Below, in pieces: positions 43,054 through 53,037 of a stretch of 64,000 bases of DNA; position 1 is the stretch's first letter, and each line of letters opens with the position of its first letter. This DNA comes from a virus. The notes beneath the pieces are model-generated. The model made no database searches. It was not told the origin of the DNA and saw only the letters and a program-made list of their open reading frames with translations. The translations under genes and the position numbers were made by a program. The stretch is from the IMG/VR virus record IMGVR_UViG_3300032223_002435, positions 2,604 to 66,603 of that record. One strand, written 5' to 3'.

Positions 43054-45642
43054 ATGGCTACATTGCCTCTTACTCATGTGGAACTTACGGGGCAAACTAA
43101 GTTTGCTTGTATATTACCTTTTTATATTTATGCACCAATTTCTGGAAACTATATTTTTGATGTAACGGCAGATGACACTTTTGAATACTCATTAAATGAA
43201 AGTTTCTTCGGGCGGTCTGGATATGCTGCAACTGGTGCGTTCGAAGGGGTTTTAACATTAAACCTAAATCAAGGATATAATAAGTTTATTCTCAGTTATG
43301 CAAATTTGATAGCTACTGGAGCGTACTGTTCAGTACGAAAAAGAAACAGTAGTATTTTATATTATTATCCATCAACCATTGCAACTATTGCTGGATCTAG
43401 TGTGATATCATGCATTCCTTTAGTTCCAGATGTATCCATCTTGAGGGTAGGAATAACTGGCTTGATATACTACCAGAGCGGTTCATATACAGGGCCTGGA
43501 AGCATGACTGCGGCGGCAATCCCGCCTTCTAACCTTGCTTCCGGATCTTATAGATTACCATCTCCAAGTGCTTATCTTGCTCCAAGTAACGATGTTAACT
43601 ATTATTCAGAAACGGGAATCCCCGCAGCACCAAATCCACCAAATAGCAAGGCATGGTTAGCTGAAACTAGTTTCTTAACTAGTCCCCTTCCAGTAGAGCA
43701 GACGATCTCAGCCTTTGCGACCATTGCCGGCAAGACTCCTGGAGTTGCCCCCTTCACAATCACGCCACCCACTGCCAGTAGCGGGCTTCCGGTAGCAGTT
43801 AGCGTTATTAGCGGCCCAGCGACCATATCAGGCAACACTGTCACTCTCACAGGAACGGCGGGAGTCGTCGTCCTCGCCGCCAACCAAGCGGGGAATACCA
43901 ATTACAAAGCAGCCCCTCAAGTCACAACCAGCTTCATTGTTAGCGTCGCTCCGATGATTCCATCGAACCAGGTTGTCATCGGCGAGACAGGAAAGGCTCT
44001 ATCCTATCAGGTCATCAATTCTGGTCAGGTGGCTACCTCTTGGACAGCCACTGGTATGCCCGTCGGACTCTCGATTAGTGCTTCAGGAGTGATTTCTGGA
44101 ACGGTAGCAGTTGATGGAAACTCAGTGGTCACGGTCACGGCAAGGAACGCCGGTGGAAGTTCGTCGCAAAGAGTTGGTGTTTCTATCATCTACAGCGGAA
44201 AACAATACCACTGGCACGAAGCTGAGTGGGCTTTGCGTAGCAACAACAGCATCAAGGCCCGTAGGCTTAACTGGTTTAGAAAGACCAAAGCAGGAACTGG
44301 AACAAACATGTGGATAACTTTCAGCAATCCGTTCTTCTATATGGGAGAGAATGGAGCCAAGACAGCATTGGTTCAGTCTGGTGAATTCGGAACAACAGAA
44401 TTTACAACGCCAGATTGGGTTCTCGATCTCAATGATGCAGATCCGGACATAGTAATTCCCCCATCCATAAAATCACTCAGAATCGCGCCAGATACAGCCG
44501 CAGACTTTATCTGGGGTGATATTGATCCGATTCCTTGGGATCCTAATCCTCCACCAGACAAACCTCAACCACCTAAAGATCCGGTTTTCACTGCTGGCGT
44601 TTTTTGGGCTCACAAGGGAGCTGGAGTATCATCAGAATGTGTAACAGTAGAGCTTACCGTTACAACTTCTGACCAATCAAACTACACCGTTAATTGGGGT
44701 GACAAACAAACTGCCGCGGATTCCAAAGAAACTACCGCTGCTTCTGGAACGATAAGCTCCGCTTCGTATTGCCCTGTTGCTGGTGCTGGATTGGTTATCG
44801 GAGCGTGGGGCGATCCACATTGGGTGATTACAGGGCCAGTAAATAAATACTCTGAATCCTTCGCCATATCCGGATTAGTTAATGGAAATACGGCAAGAAT
44901 CATACATAATACGGATATTCCTAACGGGCAGCAAGTCTGGTTGTATGAGTGCAATAATAAGTTCCTCAATGGAACATATACGGCAAAAGTAGTAAACAAT
45001 ACATCGTTTGATTTACTTTTTGTAAATGGACAAAACATGCCGTCAGCAATTACAGGAAAGCTATCCAGGGTCACCCCATCAATACAGACTGCTAAAAAAA
45101 TGCTTTTTGGCGATAATGCTGCACCTGAAACGGTATTATTGCTTTTTCTTAAATATCAAGATGGGTCCGAGTGGTGTGTTCATTCTACCAATACTGTTTA
45201 CTCACCCAACGGAGCACAGATCATCAGTGAGATTGCAATTATCAGAACAACGCAAACTGGCGTTATCACCCGAATCAATCCTGTAAATCTTGGTCCTGTG
45301 AGGATCGGCACTTTTTGCACTATAGAAGTTTCAGCGGGCGGCTACTTACAGCCCCGATACTACGGATTCGGAGGTCAAAACATCACGCATATAGGGGGGG
45401 CAATGTGGGGAATGTTCCAAGCATCTCAAGCTGCTGATGGGCAATACAGGGATTTTGGAGATGGCTCCAATCATGATGGATACGGTGTCATGGGAGCCAC
45501 TATTGGATACACTAGAAAAATGTGGGTGGATGCTTCTACCTTACTTAGAAATAATCCAGGATTAGCTCCAGGTAGTCTTTACGATAATAATGTGATAGTT
45601 CCGTTCTCTAATTCTGTATATCTCTCATTATGCCAAACATAA
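43054..45642 (+). CDS. multidomain adhesin-like tail protein (PA14-like start, Ig domains, GDPH motif)
   Basis: YIYAPISGNYIFDVTADD; ASSGLPV..GPATISGN; MPVGLSISASGVISGT; WGDPH. Confidence 0.7.
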   Translation: MATLPLTHVELTGQTKFACILPFYIYAPISGNYIFDVTADDTFEYSLNESFFGRSGYAATGAFEGVLTLNLNQGYNKFILSYANLIATGAYCSVRKRNSSILYYYPSTIATIAGSSVISCIPLVPDVSILRVGITGLIYYQSGSYTGPGSMTAAAIPPSNLASGSYRLPSPSAYLAPSNDVNYYSETGIPAAPNPPNSKAWLAETSFLTSPLPVEQTISAFATIAGKTPGVAPFTITPPTASSGLPVAVSVISGPATISGNTVTLTGTAGVVVLAANQAGNTNYKAAPQVTTSFIVSVAPMIPSNQVVIGETGKALSYQVINSGQVATSWTATGMPVGLSISASGVISGTVAVDGNSVVTVTARNAGGSSSQRVGVSIIYSGKQYHWHEAEWALRSNNSIKARRLNWFRKTKAGTGTNMWITFSNPFFYMGENGAKTALVQSGEFGTTEFTTPDWVLDLNDADPDIVIPPSIKSLRIAPDTAADFIWGDIDPIPWDPNPPPDKPQPPKDPVFTAGVFWAHKGAGVSSECVTVELTVTTSDQSNYTVNWGDKQTAADSKETTAASGTISSASYCPVAGAGLVIGAWGDPHWVITGPVNKYSESFAISGLVNGNTARIIHNTDIPNGQQVWLYECNNKFLNGTYTAKVVNNTSFDLLFVNGQNMPSAITGKLSRVTPSIQTAKKMLFGDNAAPETVLLLFLKYQDGSEWCVHSTNTVYSPNGAQIISEIAIIRTTQTGVITRINPVNLGPVRIGTFCTIEVSAGGYLQPRYYGFGGQNITHIGGAMWGMFQASQAADGQYRDFGDGSNHDGYGVMGATIGYTRKMWVDASTLLRNNPGLAPGSLYDNNVIVPFSNSVYLSLCQT

Positions 45643-46418
45643 CATTAACAGCAAATTCCGATATTACAGAAATCTCCTGTTCAAGAACTGGCTTGCTCGG
45701 TGGGATTGTAAATATAGAAATGTATCCGAACATCATAAACTTTACTTGCGCAGAGAATGCCATAAATGAATTCCTTGGTTTTGAGAAATGTCCAAAGTTA
45801 GTTTCACTAAATGTTTCTCAAAATGAAATTATTGGAAGATTTGATGAGGTATTCGCAAAACTCGATATTCACCAATACTTACAAGATTTTCGATGCTATT
45901 CAAATAATTTGACTGGTACAATACCAGATTTGAGTCAAAACACGGCTTTAACTAATTTTTATGTTACTCAAAACCAATTAGGTGGCACCATTCCCAGCTT
46001 GAGCGCCAATGTAAATCTAAGCTGGATTGCATGCGGTCTAAATCAATTAACTGGCGCGATACCAGATTTGAGTCAAAATATCGCCTTGGAGAGTTTTCAT
46101 TGTTATAACAATCAGCTATCTGGATCGATTCCTAGCTTAAGCGCCAACGTAAATCTAACTTCGTTTGTATGCCGTAACAATTCACTAAATGGATTTACAG
46201 GAGGTGTGTCTGACAATCTGGGTGATTTTCAGGCACAAAATAATAACTTATCATCCACGGCTGTAAATGCAATCCTCGCTGCATTTGTCAGCGCGAATTG
46301 CACAACAGGACCCCGGGTATTAAATCTCGGTGGCACGGGCAATGCCGCACCAACCGGCCGGGGCCTCAGCGACGAAGTAATCTTAGCATCGAGGGGATGG
46401 ACTATAACAACTAACTAA
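45630..46418 (+). CDS. leucine-rich repeat protein
   Basis: Repeated NxLtGxIPxLSxNxxL (23-aa period). Confidence 0.88.
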   Translation: MPNITLTANSDITEISCSRTGLLGGIVNIEMYPNIINFTCAENAINEFLGFEKCPKLVSLNVSQNEIIGRFDEVFAKLDIHQYLQDFRCYSNNLTGTIPDLSQNTALTNFYVTQNQLGGTIPSLSANVNLSWIACGLNQLTGAIPDLSQNIALESFHCYNNQLSGSIPSLSANVNLTSFVCRNNSLNGFTGGVSDNLGDFQAQNNNLSSTAVNAILAAFVSANCTTGPRVLNLGGTGNAAPTGRGLSDEVILASRGWTITTN

Positions 46419-46419
46419 T

Positions 46420-46659
46420 ATGATAATCGTTACTGAAAAACCTGATAACTTAGAAACCAATGAAACCTCTTGGTGGATAGTTTATGATCCTAAGAGCAAG
46501 AAAATTGTAATACCAGAACTGGTGCAAATGCTTGGCAAGACCAGCTCTCCCTTCACAATGGTAGTAGGCGATACCAGAGAAGAGATTGATGCGTATATGG
46601 TGGAAAACGAATTGGACTTTACAGATACAGAGCAAGATGTAGCGCCGGTGGCCTCTTAA
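46420..46659 (+). CDS. small tail-fibre-associated protein
   Basis: 79 aa after the LRR gene. Confidence 0.55.
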   Translation: MIIVTEKPDNLETNETSWWIVYDPKSKKIVIPELVQMLGKTSSPFTMVVGDTREEIDAYMVENELDFTDTEQDVAPVAS

Positions 46660-46695
46660 AGCACCTTCAGCAGTTGACGTGGCGGGAATTGGGAT

Positions 46696-48849
46696 ATGAG
46701 AATTTCTGTTTCTTTGGATACTTTTGCGCGGGAATCAACTTCTTCAATTTCTTTTAATCGGCTTTCAAATATCCCTGTAACAATCGAATTTACGCAACAG
46801 GGATCTGTTGTTGAACTGCCATCTGGCACTCAAGGGCGACTCGGAATCAAGGAAAAATATAGCTCAGATCTTTTGGCGTATTCTTCCGATTGGAGACGTG
46901 TTGGATCTGGATCATCGGCCTCTTACGAATTCGATATCAACTTAAATACTTCCGAAATGGCAGCCGCCTTTGCGGAAAACCCAAACAACCTAGCTGTATT
47001 ATTTGAGGTTTCCTGGGCGTATGCAAATTACGATTTTAGAACAATTTCGATTGCCGCAACCATTACCAATAGCGTTCTTGCAGCGCAGGGCCAACTTCCA
47101 TCCTCCATCCAAGGCTTACAAGCAACTCAATCTGAAGCTGTTGACGGAACGAGCGACTCAAAGTGGATGTCTCCACTTAAGGTGGCTCAAAGTATTGTTT
47201 CAAGGATTGCTGGGCTCGACAACGCCGTTCTGCACGACGCTAACGACATTATCTCCGTAAAGGGGGTCAAATCTGCAACTCCCGTCACCGTTGAGGTCGA
47301 TGACGCGACGAAGGCTTACCAATGGGTTTTCTCAAGCGACGGGCACATTGATGTCCAGACCAACGGAAACCAAGTCGGTTATCTTGGTACAGGTTTTTAT
47401 GCCGACGGCCAAGAAATCTACTTGGAAAAACTCGATCCCTCTACGGGAAACGTGGTGGCTGGCAATACGCTCAACTTTGATACGGGCCATGGAAACCTGA
47501 ACTTTGTTTTCCCATCGACCAGCGGAACCGTTGCCCTGACCTCGGACGTGTCAGCGGCTCAATCTGCATCTGTACCTCTTGCATCCAAGGGGATAGCTAA
47601 TGGCGTGGCAAGCCTTGATGGAAGCGCAAAGGTTCCTGCATCCCAGCTCCCAAGCTACGTGGACGACGTCTTGGAGTTCGCCACCCTGTCAGCGTTCCCA
47701 GCAACCGGCGAGACGGGGAAGATCTATGTAACTACTGGAACAAATAAGACCTACCGCTGGAGCGGATCTACCTATGTAGAAATTGCCTCCTCTCCTGGAT
47801 CAACAGATGCCGTTTCCGAAGGCTCGACAAACCTTTATTTCACAGCAGCCCGCGCCATCGCGGCTGTGGGGGGAAGCCTAGCCTCCTATGCAACTCAAGC
47901 ATGGGTTGCCGCTCAAGGGTACGCTACGTCAGCTTCCGTTACCTCTGCTGTCTCGTCCGCCATCTCCGCATTGGTTACGGGAGTTAGCTCCGTGGCTGGC
48001 AAGACGGGGGCGGTTACGCTTGCCAAAGCTGATGTCGGCCTAGGGAACGTGGATAACACTAGCGACGCCAACAAGCCCGTATCAACTGCCACTCAGAGCG
48101 CTCTGGGCGGTAAGGCAAACTCTTCGCACACCCATGCTATTGCTGATGTCACAGGTCTTCAGACTGCTCTTGATGGGAAGCAAGTTGCTGGAAGTTATGC
48201 CACGGCGGCTCAAGGAGCAAAGGCAGATACCGCGCTTCAGTCAGGAACAGCTATTTCCACAATATCGGGTCTTCAGACTGCTCTTGATGGGAAGCTCTCG
48301 CTCGCTGGAACTCTCACGGGAAATCTGAATATGCCAACCGACGCGGTGGATGTTGTTCCTAGAGCTATTTTGTCATCTGTTCCGTTTGCAACTAACGGAA
48401 ATGTCAATTTTACGATGTTTACGCCTTTGGTAAATTTAACTGTTTCTCGTTTTGTAATATCAAGTGGAGCAAGCTCAACGGTAGGAGCAACTTTGGTGAG
48501 ATTAGGCCTTTATGTTTGGAATGAGGCCACTCTAACAGCCACCCTTGTTGCGAGAACCTCAAACGACACGTCGATTCTCTCATCAGCCAACACAACTTTT
48601 ACTAGAAACTTTGACACAACCGGAGGCTACCCATCATCTTATTCTCTCGTGGCAGGATCTAGGTATTCGGTCGCTTGGATCATTGTGGGTGCTACAGCAT
48701 TTACCCGAATCCCGAGCTTGGTGGGTCAGAGTTCCGTTTTCCTGCAAACCCCAGTAATGGCTCGCACCCTATCAGGCCAATCTGATTTGCCAGCATCTAC
48801 AAATGCCACTGCGGCCAATGACACTATTTACAATACAAGACTTTCCTAA
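46696..48849 (+). CDS. tail fibre protein
   Basis: GVASLDGSAKVPASQLPSYVDDVLE, VSSVAGKTGAVTL, GLGNVDNTSDANKPVS, GLQTALDGK repeats; TTGAC 22 nt upstream. Confidence 0.88.
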   Translation: MRISVSLDTFARESTSSISFNRLSNIPVTIEFTQQGSVVELPSGTQGRLGIKEKYSSDLLAYSSDWRRVGSGSSASYEFDINLNTSEMAAAFAENPNNLAVLFEVSWAYANYDFRTISIAATITNSVLAAQGQLPSSIQGLQATQSEAVDGTSDSKWMSPLKVAQSIVSRIAGLDNAVLHDANDIISVKGVKSATPVTVEVDDATKAYQWVFSSDGHIDVQTNGNQVGYLGTGFYADGQEIYLEKLDPSTGNVVAGNTLNFDTGHGNLNFVFPSTSGTVALTSDVSAAQSASVPLASKGIANGVASLDGSAKVPASQLPSYVDDVLEFATLSAFPATGETGKIYVTTGTNKTYRWSGSTYVEIASSPGSTDAVSEGSTNLYFTAARAIAAVGGSLASYATQAWVAAQGYATSASVTSAVSSAISALVTGVSSVAGKTGAVTLAKADVGLGNVDNTSDANKPVSTATQSALGGKANSSHTHAIADVTGLQTALDGKQVAGSYATAAQGAKADTALQSGTAISTISGLQTALDGKLSLAGTLTGNLNMPTDAVDVVPRAILSSVPFATNGNVNFTMFTPLVNLTVSRFVISSGASSTVGATLVRLGLYVWNEATLTATLVARTSNDTSILSSANTTFTRNFDTTGGYPSSYSLVAGSRYSVAWIIVGATAFTRIPSLVGQSSVFLQTPVMARTLSGQSDLPASTNATAANDTIYNTRLS

Positions 48850-49029
48850 TATGGACGAAAACAGGCAACCAATTAACATCCGCCTTGAAGACAAGGGAAC
48901 TATTGACGGCATTCATGTCGTTGAGGTCTATAACGCAAACACCAATGAACTGATCGGGAAGAACGAGAGTTTTGTTGAAGAGGAGACCACCCTTTAATCC
49001 GTATGTTTGGTTATGGCCAATAGCAAGTT

Positions 49030-49296
49030 ATGACACCTGAAGCACATGTTCCAAAACTCTTAGAGTTTGCCGCAAAATGGATAACCCCTGTAGGTGTGGT
49101 GATCCTTCTTTTACTTCAGGGACAATTTGTAAGTCGCAAAGAATTTAACGATGCTTCCGACAAGCTATCGGGAAGAGTTGAGGGCATCGAGAAGGTTTTG
49201 GTTCAAATGGCCGAAGCGGCCAAAGTCAATGATCGCCAGGATGTGATTATCGGCGACCACGAGCGCAGAATTCGCGCTCTGGAAATTCACCCGTAA
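49030..49296 (+). CDS. membrane protein, holin-like
   Basis: Single TM plus coiled coil ending DHERRIRALE; start of lysis cluster. Confidence 0.55.
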   Translation: MTPEAHVPKLLEFAAKWITPVGVVILLLLQGQFVSRKEFNDASDKLSGRVEGIEKVLVQMAEAAKVNDRQDVIIGDHERRIRALEIHP

Positions 49297-49973
49297 TGAA
49301 AAAATACTTTCTACTGCTTTCTCTTGGCTTTCGTTGGTGGGTTTTGAATATAAAATTGATCGGCATTTGCGCCGCCATCGCTTTCTGGTCGCGCACGACT
49401 GTTATTACAATAAGGTGGCAAGTCAGGTTGTTGCGGTGGTCCGGCTTGGCCGTCTTTTCATTTTTTTGCATGGGGTGTGCACACAACGCAGAAATTTCTT
49501 TTGGGCAAAATCATAGCGCGGCAGATACGGCCATGACTGCCGCCAGGGCATCACAACAATCTGCTTCCTATCAGATCAATGCTTTGAGCAATTCTCTTTC
49601 TGATCCCAGCGCCAAAAAAGCCGCAAAAGCACTGCAACAAACAATCTCTGATCTTGGAATAAAACTCGAAATAGCGACGGGCAAACTTTCTTGGTACGAA
49701 ACACAATTTGACATCGTTTCGAAACAAGCTCAAGTCGACCGCGCTGCACGGGTGCAATCTGAAAAAGAGAGGGATGCCCTTATTTGGGTTTTCTCCCTGA
49801 TTTGCGGGATGACAGCCCTAGCCTCATTTCGGCCAGCGTTGCAAGTTGTGCAAATGCCCTGGCAAGTGGTTGCTCTTGGAGCCGTATTTTCGGGAGGCTT
49901 TACAGCGGGGTTTGTGGCCGGACGGTATTGCCTTCGAACCATGGCTCTCTTTACTCCCCATTTACCCTTCTGA
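49296..49973 (+). CDS. membrane/lipoprotein coiled-coil protein (spanin-like)
   Basis: Lipobox-like CMGC, coiled coil, two C-terminal TMs. Confidence 0.45.
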   Translation: MKKYFLLLSLGFRWWVLNIKLIGICAAIAFWSRTTVITIRWQVRLLRWSGLAVFSFFCMGCAHNAEISFGQNHSAADTAMTAARASQQSASYQINALSNSLSDPSAKKAAKALQQTISDLGIKLEIATGKLSWYETQFDIVSKQAQVDRAARVQSEKERDALIWVFSLICGMTALASFRPALQVVQMPWQVVALGAVFSGGFTAGFVAGRYCLRTMALFTPHLPF

Positions 49974-50215
49974 TGCGCGAATGGATCCTCAAGATGCTGG
50001 CTGAATCGAGCGGAACGCCATCGTCTATTAGGGTGGCTTTGTTGTGCGTCGTGGCAGTCATTGTCGGAGTCGTGGTTTACTGCGTGCTCCGTCACATCAT
50101 GACCCATGAACCATTCGACCTGGGCCCTAATCTTAGCAATCTTTTATCTGTTACGATTGGCAGCCTTTCAGCGGCAAAGGTTGGATCTAAATTTGGAGAA
50201 AAACCCACCGAGTGA
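49973..50215 (+). CDS. holin-like two-TM protein
   Basis: ESSGTPSSIRV TM ... KVGSKFGE; immediately before the lysin. Confidence 0.6.
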   Translation: MREWILKMLAESSGTPSSIRVALLCVVAVIVGVVVYCVLRHIMTHEPFDLGPNLSNLLSVTIGSLSAAKVGSKFGEKPTE

Positions 50216-50802
50216 TGAACAAACTGCTTTTAAACATAAACGGCCGCCACATTTTCCAAGAGGAAGATGCAAGCATTACGTTCTGGGGCGAGGCTTGCAT
50301 CGACGCAGATGGATCCCCTCGAGCATACGGCCCATACGGGCAGGGGCTCGATCATTTAGACAATGCCGGCCATCCAGGAAATTGGTGGGGTATCGTAACC
50401 GATCAACAGGGATATCCCGTTTTGCAAGGGGTCAACGATCCATATCCCGGGTATTATATCTCCACAACATCTTTACAGCGGCGCATATACCCGCGCAATG
50501 ATCCTCGTCGGTATATTGATTCAGAAAACATTTCATTTATCGTGATTCCAGCTCCGTTGGCACGCGCGGCGGTCGGTATTGTTTTAGGATGCAAGGCAGA
50601 AATAACCCATAACGAAAAAACAATTTCTGCCGTTGTCGCCGATCTGGGTCCGGCCTCTCACCTTGGCGAAATGTCCATTAAGGCGGCTCGCGCAATAGGC
50701 ATCAATCCAGATCCCAAGTCAGGAGGCAGTTCCAATCGAGATTTTAAATACACTTTTTGGCCAGGGCAAGGTGCTCCTGGGTTTGACCTCCAACCCCTAT
50801 AA
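50215..50802 (+). CDS. glycoside hydrolase family 75 (chitosanase-like) protein, probable endolysin
   Basis: CIDADG, IDSENISFIVIP, AVVADLGP..LGEMSIKAA. Confidence 0.8.
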   Translation: MNKLLLNINGRHIFQEEDASITFWGEACIDADGSPRAYGPYGQGLDHLDNAGHPGNWWGIVTDQQGYPVLQGVNDPYPGYYISTTSLQRRIYPRNDPRRYIDSENISFIVIPAPLARAAVGIVLGCKAEITHNEKTISAVVADLGPASHLGEMSIKAARAIGINPDPKSGGSSNRDFKYTFWPGQGAPGFDLQPL

Positions 50803-50993
50803 TGGATGAAATCTTGCCCTCAAAACACAGAGGCAAGATGCGATTGCCGAGACGCTGATGTGTTTTTATCCATCAAGGCTATTGCATATATGCTTCGGGA
50901 TGGGAGCCTAGAGCCTAGAGACGCTGCAATTGCACTTCTCCTTCTTTGTTCTTCTCCAAGCAGAAAAAGCCGCCATGTTCGGCACCATGACTA

Positions 50994-51962
50994 ATGAGCA
51001 AATTCGCCGTCAAAAAGTTTCAGAACGATGCCCATGCGGCTGAGATAGATCGCCTTAAGCGGGAACTAAAGGCATCAGAGGCGTTGAGATCCAAGATGGC
51101 CCTTTCGTTTGATCGGCATTTGCGCGCCAAGAAACCTCGTTCAATTGTTCCAGCAAGGCCTCGGAATGGCAAAGAGGATCTTGTGCGCGTTATCATTCCA
51201 GATACTCACGGCGCTAAGGTGGACAAGGGGGCGCTCGCCGCCTGTCTCGGTGACATCAAGGCGCTTTCCCCGGATGAGGTGATTTTATTAGGAGATCACG
51301 TCGACTGCGGGGGTTTCCTGGCCCAGCACCACGTCATGGGATTCGTGGCGGAAAGCGACTGCACGTATGAGTCAGATATTGCAGCCACAAATGCCTTTCT
51401 GGATGCACTGCAGGGCGCTGCGCCGCGCGCCAAGATCGAGTATATCGAGGGAAATCACGAAAGACGGATCGAGCAATGGGCTATGACACAGACGCTCCGG
51501 AACTCGAAAGACGCAGAGTATCTAAGGCGGGCTTTTGCCCCTGAATTCCTTCTCAAGTTGAAAGATCGCGGAATTCCTTACTACCGGCAGGGTGAATGTT
51601 ACGATGGGCTTTCGCTTCAAGGGACGATCCGGCGAGGCAAGTGCTATTTCACCCACGGATCGAGCACCAGCAAGCAGGCAACAACAACAATGCTACAAAG
51701 TTTCGCTGGTAACATAGTTTTCGGTCATACGCATCGAGAGCAATCATCGAGCGCGCGCCCCGTCCACACCGGCCAAATCAAGAGCTGGAATCCAGGGTGC
51801 CTTTGTGAGTTGCAGCCATTGTGGTGCCACACCCAGCCCACCGCCTGGTCGCATGGACACGCTATCCAGCTCGTCGCCCGCTCGGGTGAATTCCTTCACC
51901 TCAACATTCCGATCATAAAAGGCAAATCGCTCCTAGGATCACTTGCAGCCAAATTTCAATGA
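50994..51962 (+). CDS. calcineurin-like metallophosphoesterase
   Basis: PDTH, LGDHVD, GNHE, FTHG, FGHTHR. Confidence 0.92.
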   Translation: MSKFAVKKFQNDAHAAEIDRLKRELKASEALRSKMALSFDRHLRAKKPRSIVPARPRNGKEDLVRVIIPDTHGAKVDKGALAACLGDIKALSPDEVILLGDHVDCGGFLAQHHVMGFVAESDCTYESDIAATNAFLDALQGAAPRAKIEYIEGNHERRIEQWAMTQTLRNSKDAEYLRRAFAPEFLLKLKDRGIPYYRQGECYDGLSLQGTIRRGKCYFTHGSSTSKQATTTMLQSFAGNIVFGHTHREQSSSARPVHTGQIKSWNPGCLCELQPLWCHTQPTAWSHGHAIQLVARSGEFLHLNIPIIKGKSLLGSLAAKFQ

Positions 51963-52189
51963 AACCTCCAACACTTTTACAGGTCAAATCTCAACGGAAA
52001 CCAGATCGGATTCCAGCGGGATGGTTTACGCGCCAGCAACTTGAAAACGAGTGGAATCTCTCACGCGACTATGCCGGCAGTCTCATCAAGCAAGCCATTA
52101 TTGAGGGAAAGGCCGAAATGAAAAAATTTCTTATCCCCACACCAACGCGAGGATTATACCCAACCCAACATTACAAGTTTAGGTTATGA
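51959..52189 (+). CDS. small winged-helix-like hypothetical protein
   Basis: IPAGWFTRQQL..W; coupled to the phosphoesterase. Confidence 0.55.
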   Translation: MKPPTLLQVKSQRKPDRIPAGWFTRQQLENEWNLSRDYAGSLIKQAIIEGKAEMKKFLIPTPTRGLYPTQHYKFRL

Positions 52190-52566
52190 AAAAACCGGCT
52201 CGCATCAAAACAAAGGTGCTTCCGTTAGACATTTATCATGACTCTATCGTCTTGGTATGGCCGGTCACGCCTGAAAAAGCGACTCAATGGTGCAAAAAGC
52301 GAGGCTACAAAGATTTAGACCCCTTGGATCCAACCGATGCCGCTGCCACCTATAGAGTGGAAGGGGGGTCGGTGCTCATGCTTACAAGCTGGGATACCGA
52401 CATCGACCACCTTAGCCTGCTGGCTCATGAGGCCGTCCACATCGCATCGGATATCCTGCGAGAAAAGGATGTGAAGGAGGTTCAGGGTCAAGAAGAAGCC
52501 ATGGCCTACTTGATCGGGCTCATCATGAGACAGCTGCTCAAGGCGCTGACAGGGCTAAGGCGATAA
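52186..52566 (+). CDS. HExxH-containing hypothetical protein
   Basis: LAHEAVH...EEAMAYL. Confidence 0.7.
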   Translation: MKKPARIKTKVLPLDIYHDSIVLVWPVTPEKATQWCKKRGYKDLDPLDPTDAAATYRVEGGSVLMLTSWDTDIDHLSLLAHEAVHIASDILREKDVKEVQGQEEAMAYLIGLIMRQLLKALTGLRR

Positions 52567-52734
52567 ATACTCGCCTTGCACTAAAAGTTTTTTTTGTCGC
52601 AAATCTTGGTTCACTAGGTTGGCCAGATAATTGGAAAATGATCGTCCTTCCATTTGCGCCGCCTTTCTACCAAGGACTTTGGATTTGGGACACATGCGGA
52701 AGGTGGTAATTGTTTTCTTTTCGATCTGATTCAC
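52555..52734 (-). CDS. ribbon-helix-helix regulator 1 (59 aa, GTG start)
   Basis: Manual translation ...KTITTFRM..KSKVLGRKAAQMEGRSFSNYLANLVNQDL. Confidence 0.75.
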   Translation of the reverse strand: MNQIEKKTITTFRMCPKSKVLGRKAAQMEGRSFSNYLANLVNQDLRQKKLLVQGEYLSP

Positions 52735-52896
52735 GGGGCGGCGTTTTTAACAATAAAAACACATTTTGCAATTTTAAACGGCGCATTGATAGCAATGAGA
52801 GGGTACTTCGTACTCTGTTGGTACCGCTAAACGAGTATTAATGTAATACCATTATTTGCTTACAACATATAGCTCCGTGATATACAGTGGTGGTCT

Positions 52897-53034
52897 ATGT
52901 CCCCCAACATAAAATCAAGAGTGCGAATGAAGCTTACTCAGGAAGAATACAAACGAGTCCAGCGCACGGCTGAATGCGCCAGGATCAGCATCCAAGAAAT
53001 TATTCGAGCGGCGTTGAAAAAAGCCCTGCGCTAA
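52897..53034 (+). CDS. ribbon-helix-helix regulator 2 (45 aa)
   Basis: Manual translation ...SRVRMKLTQEEYKRVQRTAECARISIQEIIRAALKKAL. Confidence 0.75.
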   Translation: MSPNIKSRVRMKLTQEEYKRVQRTAECARISIQEIIRAALKKALR

Positions 53035-53037
53035 AAA

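Noticed and set aside
48154-48294. Identical 27-bp repeats in the tail fibre gene as a DGR template/variable pair
   Set aside because: They encode the GLQTALDGK fibre repeat, show no adenine-specific mismatches, and no reverse transcriptase is present
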